Of a stretch of 64,000 bases of DNA, positions 8,234 to 17,615 are shown piece after piece (within the stretch, counting starts at the first letter, position 1; the number at the start of each line of letters is the position of its first letter). The notes below the pieces were generated by a model. That model was given only the letters and a program-made list of their open reading frames with translations, did not search any database and was not told the origin of the DNA. The stretch comes from a bacterium. Its GTDB lineage: Bacteria > Krumholzibacteriota > Krumholzibacteriia > G020349025. The position numbers were made by a program, and so were the translations under genes. The stretch lies in NCBI GenBank assembly GCA_031362565.1, contig JANLSU010000119.1, positions 1 to 64,000 on the forward strand, given 5' to 3'.

Positions 8234-8836
8234 ATGGACGAAACCGAAGATCGACCGAACCGCGCCTCGCGGGACGGTCACTCGACCGAGTCACTTCTGG
8301 CGCGAGCGCGGGCCGGGGACCGATCGGCGCTCGACCTGCTCATCGCGCGTCATTCGCCCCGGTTGCTGCACTGGGCCCATGGACGGCTGCCGTATTGGGC
8401 CCGCGATGTGATGGAAACCGACGACCTCGTGCAGATCACGCTCCTGAAAGCATTGAACCACGTACAGGACTTCGTGCCGCGTCACGAAGGGGCGTTTCTC
8501 GCGTATCTGCGTCAGATTCTGCTGAACGAAGTACGACAGGAGATCCGGCGGATCCGCCGCCGGCCCGAAAAGGACACTTTGCCGGCGGATTTCGCGGCCC
8601 GGGACCGGTCGCCGCTCGAAGATCTGGTCGGGTGTGAAACACTGGAGCGATACGAGGCAGCGCTCGCGAAATTGCCGGAGGCACAACGGGCTGCAGTAAT
8701 CTTGCGGCTCGAATTCGGGTTCACCCACGAACAGATTGCGGACGCTTGTGAGAGTCCGAGCGCGAATGCAGCGCGCATGATGGTGAAGCGTGGATTGCTT
8801 ACCCTTGCATCGGAGATGGAGCATGCCGGTGAATGA
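8234..8836 (+). CDS. ECF sigma factor, kinase-associated type
   Basis: LLARARAGD, ETDDLVQ, FLAYLRQILLN, LPEAQRAAVILR, EQIA, NAARMMVKRG. An extended -10-like TGGCATAAT lies 6 nt before the ATG, so the transcript may be leaderless. Confidence 0.92.
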   Translation: MDETEDRPNRASRDGHSTESLLARARAGDRSALDLLIARHSPRLLHWAHGRLPYWARDVMETDDLVQITLLKALNHVQDFVPRHEGAFLAYLRQILLNEVRQEIRRIRRRPEKDTLPADFAARDRSPLEDLVGCETLERYEAALAKLPEAQRAAVILRLEFGFTHEQIADACESPSANAARMMVKRGLLTLASEMEHAGE

Positions 8837-10535
8837 GGGCGACGAAGAGTTTCTCGATCGCGTCGCCGACGCGATCGTAGACGGCGTGCCGGTCGACTGG
8901 CCAGAGCCGGAGACTTCGCACCCCGATGTCGGCGCGCGGATTGCGCAACTGCGAGCCCTCGAAACAATCGCCCGTGCCCACCAAGAGTTCGCGGCGAAGG
9001 TTTTCGCCTCCGGCGACGGTGCAGCGACGCTACCGGCGGACCGTTCGACCCGGCTTTCTCTTTTCGAATGGGGCTCTCTCGAAGTACTCGAAAAGCTGGG
9101 CCAGGGATCGTTCGGCGAAGTGTATCGCGCCTACGATCCGGCGCTGGCGCGCGAGGTCGCACTCAAACTCCTGCGTATCGAGCCGGGGATGACCTCGGCG
9201 TCCGGGGATCATTTCCTAGCGGAGGCGCGGCGCTTGGCCCGCATTCGCCACGAGAACGTCGTGGTCATCCACGGTGCCGATGTCCACGACGGCCGCCCGG
9301 GAATGTGGATGGACCTGCTGCGTGGCAAGACACTCGCCGAGGAGGGGGTCGGCCGTGGTCCGCTCGGGGCGCAAGAAACCGCCGTCGTGGGCGTGGCTCT
9401 CTGCCGGGCGCTCGCCGCCCTGCACACGGTCAACCTCATGCACCGCGATCTGAAACCCGCGAACGTGATGCGTGAACAAGGTGGGCGTATCGTGCTGTTC
9501 GACTTCGGTTGCGCGATCGAAACGGATCTCTCGCCGCGGCAACTCGCAGCGATCGCCGGGACACCGGTGACGATGGCCCCAGAAGTTCTCTTGCAGACAG
9601 CGCCCTCGAGCGTTACCGCCGACATCTACTCCTTGGGAGTTCTCTTGTATTGGCTGGCAAGCGGCAAGTATCCGGTGGAAGCCTCTAGCTTGGACGGGTT
9701 CCTGGAATGCCATCGGCGCGGCGACTGGGTGCCGCTTCGGAGCCTGCGCCCCGATTTGCCGAGCGACTTCGTTCAGACGGTGGAACGCGCCAGCGCGCGC
9801 CAAGTCGACGAGCGATACCCGAGCATCGGCGACCTGGAACGCGACTTGATGCGTTCTGTTGGCGTGCTTGGGCAAACCGCTTCGATTCCGGAACCGGCAA
9901 CGGCGCCGTCGCAGGCCCTGGAGACACATTCGCGTGGTCATCGGCAGAGCCGCGCCGGCGTGCGGCTGGCGGTTGCGGCGGCACTGGTTGTGGCCGTGGT
10001 CTCCGCCTTCCTGGCGCGCAGCCGGTTCGCACCGCTGCGCGCCGAGGCCACGCTCTATCGCCAAACCGGCGAGAGTGCTGAAATCCTGGTGTCCGACAGT
10101 GCGATTCACGCCGGCGATCACCTCTTCGTGATGATCGAGGGTTCGAAGTCCCTGTGTGTCTACGTGCTCTATCAGGATGCGACTGGCAAGCATTTCATCT
10201 TGCAGTCGCCGGTCGACGCCAGCGTCTTGGCGGCCGGCGTCCCGCACCGCCTGCCGGCGGAGTCCGTATCCGGCGCGGCGCCGCGCTCCTGGATCGTGAC
10301 GAGCGGCGGCGGCACGGAAACCATCGCGGTCATCGCCGCGCCGCACCGGTTGCCGCAGTTGGAAACCGAGATCCAGGACTACGCGCGGCTCGACACCGGC
10401 CGGTCCACCGCGGTGCATTCGCGCGGGATCGGTGGGGTCGTGGAGGAAGTGCGGCGGCCGCTCATCGACGTCGCCCGTCGCTATGAGAACGATGCTTGGG
10501 TGTGGAGCCGGCAACTTCGCAATGATTCGCCGTGA
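8823..10535 (+). CDS. Membrane Hanks-type Ser/Thr kinase with a DUF4384-like ectodomain
   Basis: GQGSFGEVY, VALK, HRDLKPANV, DFG, APE, DIYSLG; TM helix; ectodomain GDHLFV...VYVLYQD...GTETIAVIA. Confidence 0.92.
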   Translation: MPVNEGDEEFLDRVADAIVDGVPVDWPEPETSHPDVGARIAQLRALETIARAHQEFAAKVFASGDGAATLPADRSTRLSLFEWGSLEVLEKLGQGSFGEVYRAYDPALAREVALKLLRIEPGMTSASGDHFLAEARRLARIRHENVVVIHGADVHDGRPGMWMDLLRGKTLAEEGVGRGPLGAQETAVVGVALCRALAALHTVNLMHRDLKPANVMREQGGRIVLFDFGCAIETDLSPRQLAAIAGTPVTMAPEVLLQTAPSSVTADIYSLGVLLYWLASGKYPVEASSLDGFLECHRRGDWVPLRSLRPDLPSDFVQTVERASARQVDERYPSIGDLERDLMRSVGVLGQTASIPEPATAPSQALETHSRGHRQSRAGVRLAVAAALVVAVVSAFLARSRFAPLRAEATLYRQTGESAEILVSDSAIHAGDHLFVMIEGSKSLCVYVLYQDATGKHFILQSPVDASVLAAGVPHRLPAESVSGAAPRSWIVTSGGGTETIAVIAAPHRLPQLETEIQDYARLDTGRSTAVHSRGIGGVVEEVRRPLIDVARRYENDAWVWSRQLRNDSP

Positions 10536-12874
10536 GCCTGCGGCGCATCGGAGGAGGACAATTCGTGGGGGCGCGGCACTTCATCGCGATCGCAGCCGTA
10601 GCGTGTATCGCGTCGCGCAGTTGCGCGGCGGAGACACGGCGCGCGGTGCTCGTCGGGGTCAATACCTATGAGCGCCCTGCGCCGGCCGGCGGTCCGGCAA
10701 CCGCGGGCGAACGGCTTCGCGACCGCGGCTGGACGAACCTCGAGGGCAGCCTGAACGACATCGATGCGATGCAAGCAATGCTCGTCGGCCGTTATGGCTT
10801 CGCGCCCCGCAACGTTGCGGTCCTGCGCGACACGGCAGCAACGCGGAGTGCGATCCTGTCGCTGCTGCGGACGCATCTGGTGAAAACGGCGCAGAAAGGC
10901 GACGTGTGCGTGTTTTATTACGCCGGACACGGATCGCAAGTCTACAACTCGAAGTCCGCCGAACCCGACCGATTCGACGAGACGATCGTCCCGGCCGACG
11001 CGAACCAGGCAGCGACGTCGAACCGCGATATTCGCGACAAGGAAATCGCCGCGCTTTTCAACGACATCTTGGACCGGGGCGCAACTCTCACGGCGTTCTT
11101 CGACTGCTGTCACAGCGGTTCGATTGCGCGCGGCATCGGCGGACCCGGAAGGCTCCGGTCATTGCGCCCCGATCTGAACGACATCGCGCTCGCAGATTCG
11201 GATCGCCGCCCCAAGCCCGCAGATCGTGGCGCCCTGGTGATTTCGGCAGCCCAAGAGACGCAGAAGGCGGCGGAAATCGTCGACCCCGAGGGGCGATGCC
11301 ACGGGGTCTTCAGTTTCATGCTCGAGAAGACACTGCGCTCGGCATCGACAGCCGAGTCCACCGAGCGCATCTTCGCGCGCGTGCGCGCCCTGGTCGCATC
11401 CTCGGAGGCCGGGCAGTCGCCGGACGTCGAAGGCTCGGCCGAGCGCCTCGCCGCGCCACTTTTCGGCGGCAAAGCAACGGCAGGCGACAAGATCGTCTTC
11501 GGCATCCAGGCCGTGGATGGCAATCGGTGCCGCGTGCAGGGTGGATACGCTCTCGGTTTGTTGCCGGGATGCGAGTTGGTACCGGTGCGTGACTCGAGCC
11601 GCGCCGTGCCGGCGACGCGCATTCGCATCGATGCAACCGAAGACCTGAACTACGCGCGCGCCTCCTGCATCGGGGGGGATTTGAGCACCGTACGACCGGG
11701 CGCCCTGTTCGAAGTCGAGCGTTGGGCCACGGGGCCCGGGGCGCGCCTGCGTGTTTGGATTCCACCCGTTCTCGAAGAGGCCGCCCTGAAGCGCGCGGCC
11801 GCCGAATTCGCGGCGTTACCCCGGTCGAGCAACAGCCGCCTCATCGCGGATCCGACCGAAACGACACCAACCCACGTCGTCGCGTGGACGGGCACCGACT
11901 GGATGTTGTCCGGACCGGACGGCAAGGCAGTGAAGATTGCCGCGTCCACGGCGCAACTTGCGGCGGCAGTGAAGAGCGGCACCAAGCCAGAACAGCCTGC
12001 GAGCGTTTTTGTCCACCTGCCACCCTGTCCATCCGTCGTGTCGCGCTTGCGAACCAGTGCCGAGGCCGGCCAGTCGCCGGTGCAAATCGTCGGCAAGGAG
12101 TCGGAGGCGCAGTATCTCCTTGTGGGCCGGTGGGCGAACGGGCAAATCGAGTATGCGTGGACGGCCCGTAACGCGACTCAGTTGGATCTGGCCAGTACGT
12201 CGAGCATGCCGGTTCGGACCAACTGGTGCGCCGTGCGCTCGACTTCGACACCGGACCAGGTCGACTTGTTGCAGGACTCGGCTCTGCGTCTTGCCAAGGT
12301 CAATGGTTGGATGCAACTCGACCCGCCACCGGAATCGCAACGATTCCCGTACCACCTCGTGTTGCGCAACGTGCAATCCAACCAGAAGGTCGCGAACGGG
12401 AACACGGTGCACGACGGCGACACGATCCAGCTCTCGCTGGAGGCATCACCGTCGGATCTGGAGTTCGGGGTCGCACGCCGCTATGTCTATGTCTTCGTGA
12501 TCGACAGTTTTGGCAGGAGTACGCTGATCGTCGGTGCGAACAATACCGGCAATTTTCTGCCGGCCGTCACTTTAGCCAGCGACAAGATTCCGCCGGAAAT
12601 CGCGCTGCATAGCGATGCCGGCAGCGATTTGCACGTCTCCGAACCATTCGGCGTCGATACGTATGTCTTGCTGACGACGAAGGAACCAATCAGCGACCCG
12701 AGTCGTGTTCTGGCCTTCGACGGCGTTCGCGCCGTGCCAGTGACGCGCGGCAGCAGCGAGGAATCGGCGCTCAGCCAGTTGCTGTCGGGGCTCAACGCGC
12801 CGACGCGCGGTGCAAGCCTGCCCACCCCCGTGACGTGGTCACTCGACCGGATCGCGCTGCGATCGATGAAGTGA
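10532..12874 (+). CDS. Secreted caspase-family (peptidase C14) protease with a DUF4384-like C-terminal domain
   Basis: RAVLVGVNTY; catalytic dyad YYAGHG and DCCHSG; signal-peptide-like N-terminus; GTGA overlap with the kinase gene. Confidence 0.9.
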   Translation: MSLRRIGGGQFVGARHFIAIAAVACIASRSCAAETRRAVLVGVNTYERPAPAGGPATAGERLRDRGWTNLEGSLNDIDAMQAMLVGRYGFAPRNVAVLRDTAATRSAILSLLRTHLVKTAQKGDVCVFYYAGHGSQVYNSKSAEPDRFDETIVPADANQAATSNRDIRDKEIAALFNDILDRGATLTAFFDCCHSGSIARGIGGPGRLRSLRPDLNDIALADSDRRPKPADRGALVISAAQETQKAAEIVDPEGRCHGVFSFMLEKTLRSASTAESTERIFARVRALVASSEAGQSPDVEGSAERLAAPLFGGKATAGDKIVFGIQAVDGNRCRVQGGYALGLLPGCELVPVRDSSRAVPATRIRIDATEDLNYARASCIGGDLSTVRPGALFEVERWATGPGARLRVWIPPVLEEAALKRAAAEFAALPRSSNSRLIADPTETTPTHVVAWTGTDWMLSGPDGKAVKIAASTAQLAAAVKSGTKPEQPASVFVHLPPCPSVVSRLRTSAEAGQSPVQIVGKESEAQYLLVGRWANGQIEYAWTARNATQLDLASTSSMPVRTNWCAVRSTSTPDQVDLLQDSALRLAKVNGWMQLDPPPESQRFPYHLVLRNVQSNQKVANGNTVHDGDTIQLSLEASPSDLEFGVARRYVYVFVIDSFGRSTLIVGANNTGNFLPAVTLASDKIPPEIALHSDAGSDLHVSEPFGVDTYVLLTTKEPISDPSRVLAFDGVRAVPVTRGSSEESALSQLLSGLNAPTRGASLPTPVTWSLDRIALRSMK

Positions 12875-12902
12875 GCCGCGGGCCCAGGCATGCCTTTGGT
12901 AG

Positions 12903-15900
12903 TCAACGTTCCGACTGGGAAACGATCTCTGCGACGAGCCGGGCAGCGAGTGCCAGCGGATCGTCGATGCGCCCCTCGATACTCGTTGCAGCGATCCGTC
13001 GCTTGTCGCGCGTGAGAATGAGCAAGACTCGCACGATTGTCCGGTTGATCGTGTAGGTTCCGCTCGCGCGGATTGCACCGGGGAGGTCGTCGGCGTCCAG
13101 GCAGACAATCCGCCCCGCCGATTGGCCGCGTGCAATCGTATAGCTTTGCTCCCGCAGCAGTTGAAGCACCGCACTCGACAGATCCAGCGAATCGAAGCCT
13201 TCTCGACCGTCGAGGAAACTCGGTCGCAAGATCATCGGCTTTTCCTGCGCCAGCGGAATCTGTGCCTTGTCCGTTGATGTGAACTGGCCGATGTCAAAAC
13301 TTGCACCGTTCGGCGCGGAGATGATTGGCCGTTGAATGCCACCGATGTTTTTCGCGAGAGAAGGCACACGGTCCGTGGCGTATTGGAAGAGCCGACTCAC
13401 GTCGGCGAACTCGCCGTCGCGTAGCGCCGCTCCCCGAAGGCCCTCGAGTAGCGCGTAGGTCAACAACCCTTGGCCGTACTGCGTCGCTTCATAGCTTGCG
13501 GCGTCGGCTGCGCTCCCCATGAGGACATGAAACCCGGTGCGATCCTTGAGGCGCTCAATGGCGCGGATCTGTCCAGAGGAGACGCTACGGGGCTCGACCA
13601 GCTTGTCGGCTGCGGCGCCCGCGGCACACGTGTCGAGAATAAGGACCTGTTTCAACGCCGGAATCGCTTTCACCCAACTTGTCAACTCTTCGCTCGTGAC
13701 CGCGTTTTGCTGGCGCACCGCCGGGTCAGTGAGATCCGCGCTTCGTGCTTCTTGTGTGAGGTACGCGTACTCGCCGGCTGCCGCAGGAAGCGCCACGCCG
13801 TGCCCAGCGAGGTAGACGACCAGCACGTCCGCCGGCCGTGCCTGACGAGCCGCTGCAAAGACAGTTGCAAAATTTGCCTTCGTCGGCGGGGTGGCGCCCT
13901 CCCCACTACTACTCGACAACAGGGTCAAGTGCACTTTGGACGCACCGAACAACCGCATGGCACCGAGTTGGAGCGCACGCGCTACGTCCGAGGCATCCTT
14001 GGCTGCATACCGCAAGCGGAGCGCTGGAGACGCATATTCTGAAATCCCGCCGACGATGACGTAGAGTTCCGGCACGGTCTTCGATTGTCCATCATCAGGC
14101 GGTGTCCACTGCACCGCGACACCGCGGCTCGAGAGATATCCCTCCGCATTCGAGGCCAACACTTCGACGCGATTCGGCTCTCCAGCAATAAACGGTGCGT
14201 CTGCCAGGTCGAGTTGCAGCGATGCTGTGTGCTGAGTGGGCGAAATCACCGTCTGCCCACGTGCATCCGCCACGACTTCCTTCCCGTTCACAAGCACGCG
14301 CACCTTGCCAATGCCCCCTCCTCGGTCAGTGAGCGTGATCGTTGCCTTCGTGCTCCCGGTGGGGGGCGGGGTGACGGCCACCAACGGATAGAGCGCAACA
14401 TTCTTGAAGGCGCGGACGTCTCGTAGCGGTTCCTTGCTGTAGCCGAGAACCCTCGCCAGCAGTCCCGGCTCGAAGTAACGCTCCTTCAGTTGGTACAGGG
14501 CGATGGGTTCGTTCTCCACGACCCATGACAACCCGTCGATATCACCCGCCGCAGCGGAATCGTAACGTCCATCGGGATCAACTACCGCCCAAGTTCCATC
14601 CTGAAATGAAAGCAGTCGCACCATTTCTCTGCCGCCTGCGGCATCAAGGATCCGGATAGAACCTTCCTCGAGCGCAGCCGCTATAAATCGTCCGTTCGCG
14701 AGATAGGCCACGGCATGCACGTGGGAGTCGACGTCAACCGTCCATTTTTGTTTTGCAGTCGCGACGTCCCATGCAGAGACGATTCCGTCCATTCCTCCAC
14801 TTACAACCTCGCGCCCGTCGGGGGAGAACATCGCCGCGCACACTTGACCCGCATGCGCGCCCGGAAAGGAACCGACTCTCTGCGTCTCCGTCGAAGGGTC
14901 AGGCGGTCCAAGCAGTTGCAGCTCTCCAAAGGCAGCACCCTCCTTCCAGTCTGCCACGCTCCACAAACGGAGGCCACCAGCCCAGTCACCGAACAAGAGC
15001 TCACTTCCGTCAGGCGAAAATGACATCGTTGCAAAGACGGAAGTACCAGGCCATGGCGGGTAATCAAGGCCCTGGGTGTGGAGCGTTCGAAGCTCGGTGC
15101 CGGTCTCCGCATCCCACAGGCTAACGGTACTGTCGCCGGCCGTTGCAACCAAGTGAGTGTCGGCGGACAGGGCGACGTTCTTGATTGGCTCGCGGTGACG
15201 ATAGAGTGCTACAAGTTCGAGCTCGCCATCAATGTTCCACAGCCTGCAACGACCGTCCGGCGTTCCAACCAGTAGCCGCTTCGCATTCGCCGAAAGGCAC
15301 AGTGGTGGATGTGCACCAGCACTGAGACGATTGGAGACTCCAGCGGGCGCGCCTGTACCAAATTTCGTGATGAGTGCTCCGTGGGCGTTCCAGATTCGGA
15401 TCGTGTCGTCGCGTGCCATTGTTGCCGCGAATTGACCGTCTGGCGACACAACGCCTGTACCGCGAAGCTCCGCGTGTGGACTTCCGTCAGACCACAGCGT
15501 GACGTTCCCATTGCCCGCGAGGAAGCTAGCCGATTCTTGCGACGTGGAGAGCGCGTTCACGGGCGAGACTTTGCCTGCAAGGATTCGCTCTGTCATTCCG
15601 GTGACGACATTCGACAGCGTGGCGGTCCGAAACTGTCCCAAGACAAGAAATGTGCCGTCCGCGGAAAGTGCGAGCCCTGGGGGTGGTCCACGTAGTTGCG
15701 TCAACCACAAGGGTTGGGCAGTGCCGTAGCGACGCAGTTCGACGCCCGTGTCGATGTCCCAACAACTTGCGGTGCCATCCCAGTATCCCGCGAAGACCTC
15801 TTTCCCGTTAGGTGAAAACGCCACTGAAGTCACGACCTCGCCGCCACTCGGGTAGGTTCGCTCCCTCTTCCCCGACGCCGGATTCCAAAGTTCGAGCATG

Positions 15901-16742
15901 CTGGCGGCCGGGCGGTACAACCTGCCTGGCGTCATCGTGAACTTTTCGATCTGCCCACCACCCAGGACAACGTGCTTTCCGTCGCGCGAAACCGCGACAC
16001 CAAAGATAGGAGATGCGGCGGCAAGTCTCCGCACGACACACCCTTTGGCGAGGTCCCAGATCGCAGCCGTGCCATCGAGGCCCGCATAAAGGCAATGTTT
16101 CCCATCCGGAAAAACTGCGAGCACCTGACGCATCAACCGAAAATTGACGCCAAGATCGGTGGCGACTAGATTACCGACGCGGGTCGCGTTGTCGTGCATC
16201 GTGCGAAGGCGCGATCCAGTTCTCACATCCCACACGACGAGTGTTGCGTCGGAGCTCTCGGTGATCAACCGGCCCCCATCCGGCGAAAAGACTGCGGCCT
16301 TGGTGCTTGGGATGATTTGCAGCTTCCCTCGCCGGGTCACATTTGTAAGGACATGAGTCAGAATGTTTTTGGAGAGATCCCAAATCTCCGTGCGGCGGTC
16401 CCCTGCGATCGCGCAGTGGACACCATCGGGGGACACCGCCACGACCGTTCCGCGCGAGAGAGCGCGCAGCTGGGTCCCAGTCGACGCTTCCCAAAGAACG
16501 ACTTCGCCACCGCTGTCTGCGGTGAGAACCCAACGATCGTCAACCGACGTGGCAATCGATACAACTTGTTCGGTATTGCCGACTTGGGGAATGAGTCGGA
16601 CTTCATCCTCGTTGTTGACCTGGCTGGCGCCCGCGAATTGTCCGCAGAGTATGGAGCCCGCACACGCAAGGACAGAGATCACCCGGATCGCATTAACGCG
16701 CCTTGGGCGATCGAGCAACGCGAATGAAATGGGTGGGCTCAT
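12903..16742 (-). CDS. WD40-repeat protein with a C-terminal caspase (C14) domain
   Basis: Many AFSPDG...WD repeats; catalytic dyad YLAGHG and DTCAAG. Start uncertain (16742 or 16826). Confidence 0.88.
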   Translation of the reverse strand: MSPPISFALLDRPRRVNAIRVISVLACAGSILCGQFAGASQVNNEDEVRLIPQVGNTEQVVSIATSVDDRWVLTADSGGEVVLWEASTGTQLRALSRGTVVAVSPDGVHCAIAGDRRTEIWDLSKNILTHVLTNVTRRGKLQIIPSTKAAVFSPDGGRLITESSDATLVVWDVRTGSRLRTMHDNATRVGNLVATDLGVNFRLMRQVLAVFPDGKHCLYAGLDGTAAIWDLAKGCVVRRLAAASPIFGVAVSRDGKHVVLGGGQIEKFTMTPGRLYRPAASMLELWNPASGKRERTYPSGGEVVTSVAFSPNGKEVFAGYWDGTASCWDIDTGVELRRYGTAQPLWLTQLRGPPPGLALSADGTFLVLGQFRTATLSNVVTGMTERILAGKVSPVNALSTSQESASFLAGNGNVTLWSDGSPHAELRGTGVVSPDGQFAATMARDDTIRIWNAHGALITKFGTGAPAGVSNRLSAGAHPPLCLSANAKRLLVGTPDGRCRLWNIDGELELVALYRHREPIKNVALSADTHLVATAGDSTVSLWDAETGTELRTLHTQGLDYPPWPGTSVFATMSFSPDGSELLFGDWAGGLRLWSVADWKEGAAFGELQLLGPPDPSTETQRVGSFPGAHAGQVCAAMFSPDGREVVSGGMDGIVSAWDVATAKQKWTVDVDSHVHAVAYLANGRFIAAALEEGSIRILDAAGGREMVRLLSFQDGTWAVVDPDGRYDSAAAGDIDGLSWVVENEPIALYQLKERYFEPGLLARVLGYSKEPLRDVRAFKNVALYPLVAVTPPPTGSTKATITLTDRGGGIGKVRVLVNGKEVVADARGQTVISPTQHTASLQLDLADAPFIAGEPNRVEVLASNAEGYLSSRGVAVQWTPPDDGQSKTVPELYVIVGGISEYASPALRLRYAAKDASDVARALQLGAMRLFGASKVHLTLLSSSSGEGATPPTKANFATVFAAARQARPADVLVVYLAGHGVALPAAAGEYAYLTQEARSADLTDPAVRQQNAVTSEELTSWVKAIPALKQVLILDTCAAGAAADKLVEPRSVSSGQIRAIERLKDRTGFHVLMGSAADAASYEATQYGQGLLTYALLEGLRGAALRDGEFADVSRLFQYATDRVPSLAKNIGGIQRPIISAPNGASFDIGQFTSTDKAQIPLAQEKPMILRPSFLDGREGFDSLDLSSAVLQLLREQSYTIARGQSAGRIVCLDADDLPGAIRASGTYTINRTIVRVLLILTRDKRRIAATSIEGRIDDPLALAARLVAEIVSQSER

Positions 16743-16849
16743 CTTTTGGTAGGCCGCCTCCCCGAGTCGAACGATAACCAGCGGTAGGACACTAGCAGAA
16801 ACAGCACGAATGCTGTGCAAGCGCATGCCATGGCCTGCAGAGATGCGGG

Positions 16850-16884
16850 CGGCGGTTCGCGGCGAGGGGAGCCGCGAACCGCCG
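16850..16884 (-). terminator. Hairpin downstream of paralog 3
   Basis: Perfect 14-bp stem CGGCGGTTCGCGGC/GCCGCGAACCGCCG, nearly identical to the hairpin at 2587-2619. Confidence 0.55.
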
Positions 16885-16945
16885 TGGGTCGAAGAGTCTG
16901 GCAGGTTTTTGTGGGACGGTCGTTTCGCGATGCGTTCGGTTTCGA

Positions 16946-17500
16946 CTACGGCGTCACCTCCGGCGCGATGATGTGAAGGTCGCGGCGCGACACGATGCCG
17001 TCGCCGTCCAGATCGCCGCGGTGGCGCATCCAGGTGAGGCATGCGAGGTCACTCGCGTCCACGCGGCCGTCTTGAGTCAGGTCCGCCCGGGCGCGGGCCC
17101 CGGCAAGAGCGGCGTAGTCCGAGGCATCGATGATTCCCTGAGGCTGGGCCAGATCCGGAACCCCGCCGCTCATCAGCATCGCGAGCGCTACTTCGTCGAA
17201 TCCGTCGACCATCTGGTCGTTATTGATGTCGGCGCGCATCAAGAATGCGAACGCTGCCAAGTCGGACGAGTCGACCTGTCCGTCGCCCGTGATGTCGCCG
17301 GTGACCGTCGGGGTCACATTCACCTGGAAGCCTGCCTTCTCCAAACCCTGCAGCTCGACCGGAACCCGGCGTCCGATGGGTTCGCTGGCGCGAAGCTCCG
17401 GACCCGAGACGCTGTTCGAGCAACCCGAGGCGAACATCAAGGCGAAGCCGGAAACGGTCAGGGTGACGGTGGCGATGAGGGTGCGATTGGTACGGAACAT
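16946..17500 (-). CDS. Dockerin-like / EF-hand repeat lipoprotein (paralog 3)
   Basis: Lipobox FASGC; GDITGDGQVDSSDLAAF and four further loops; ends EVTP. Confidence 0.85.
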   Translation of the reverse strand: MFRTNRTLIATVTLTVSGFALMFASGCSNSVSGPELRASEPIGRRVPVELQGLEKAGFQVNVTPTVTGDITGDGQVDSSDLAAFAFLMRADINNDQMVDGFDEVALAMLMSGGVPDLAQPQGIIDASDYAALAGARARADLTQDGRVDASDLACLTWMRHRGDLDGDGIVSRRDLHIIAPEVTP

Positions 17501-17615
17501 GTGCGTTTTCCTCCTGAGCCGGGCGTGGGGCGCGGCTCCTTTTGCAGCGACTCGGGGGCTTCGAATCGGACTCTCCAGTTCTCGGCCCGGGAGCCTGTGC
17601 TGCTTGGCTCAAAGG

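Noticed and set aside
16743..17042. N-terminal extension of the 1379-aa WD40-caspase ORF
   Set aside because: It overlaps paralog 3 and its terminator-like hairpin; the true start is probably downstream.
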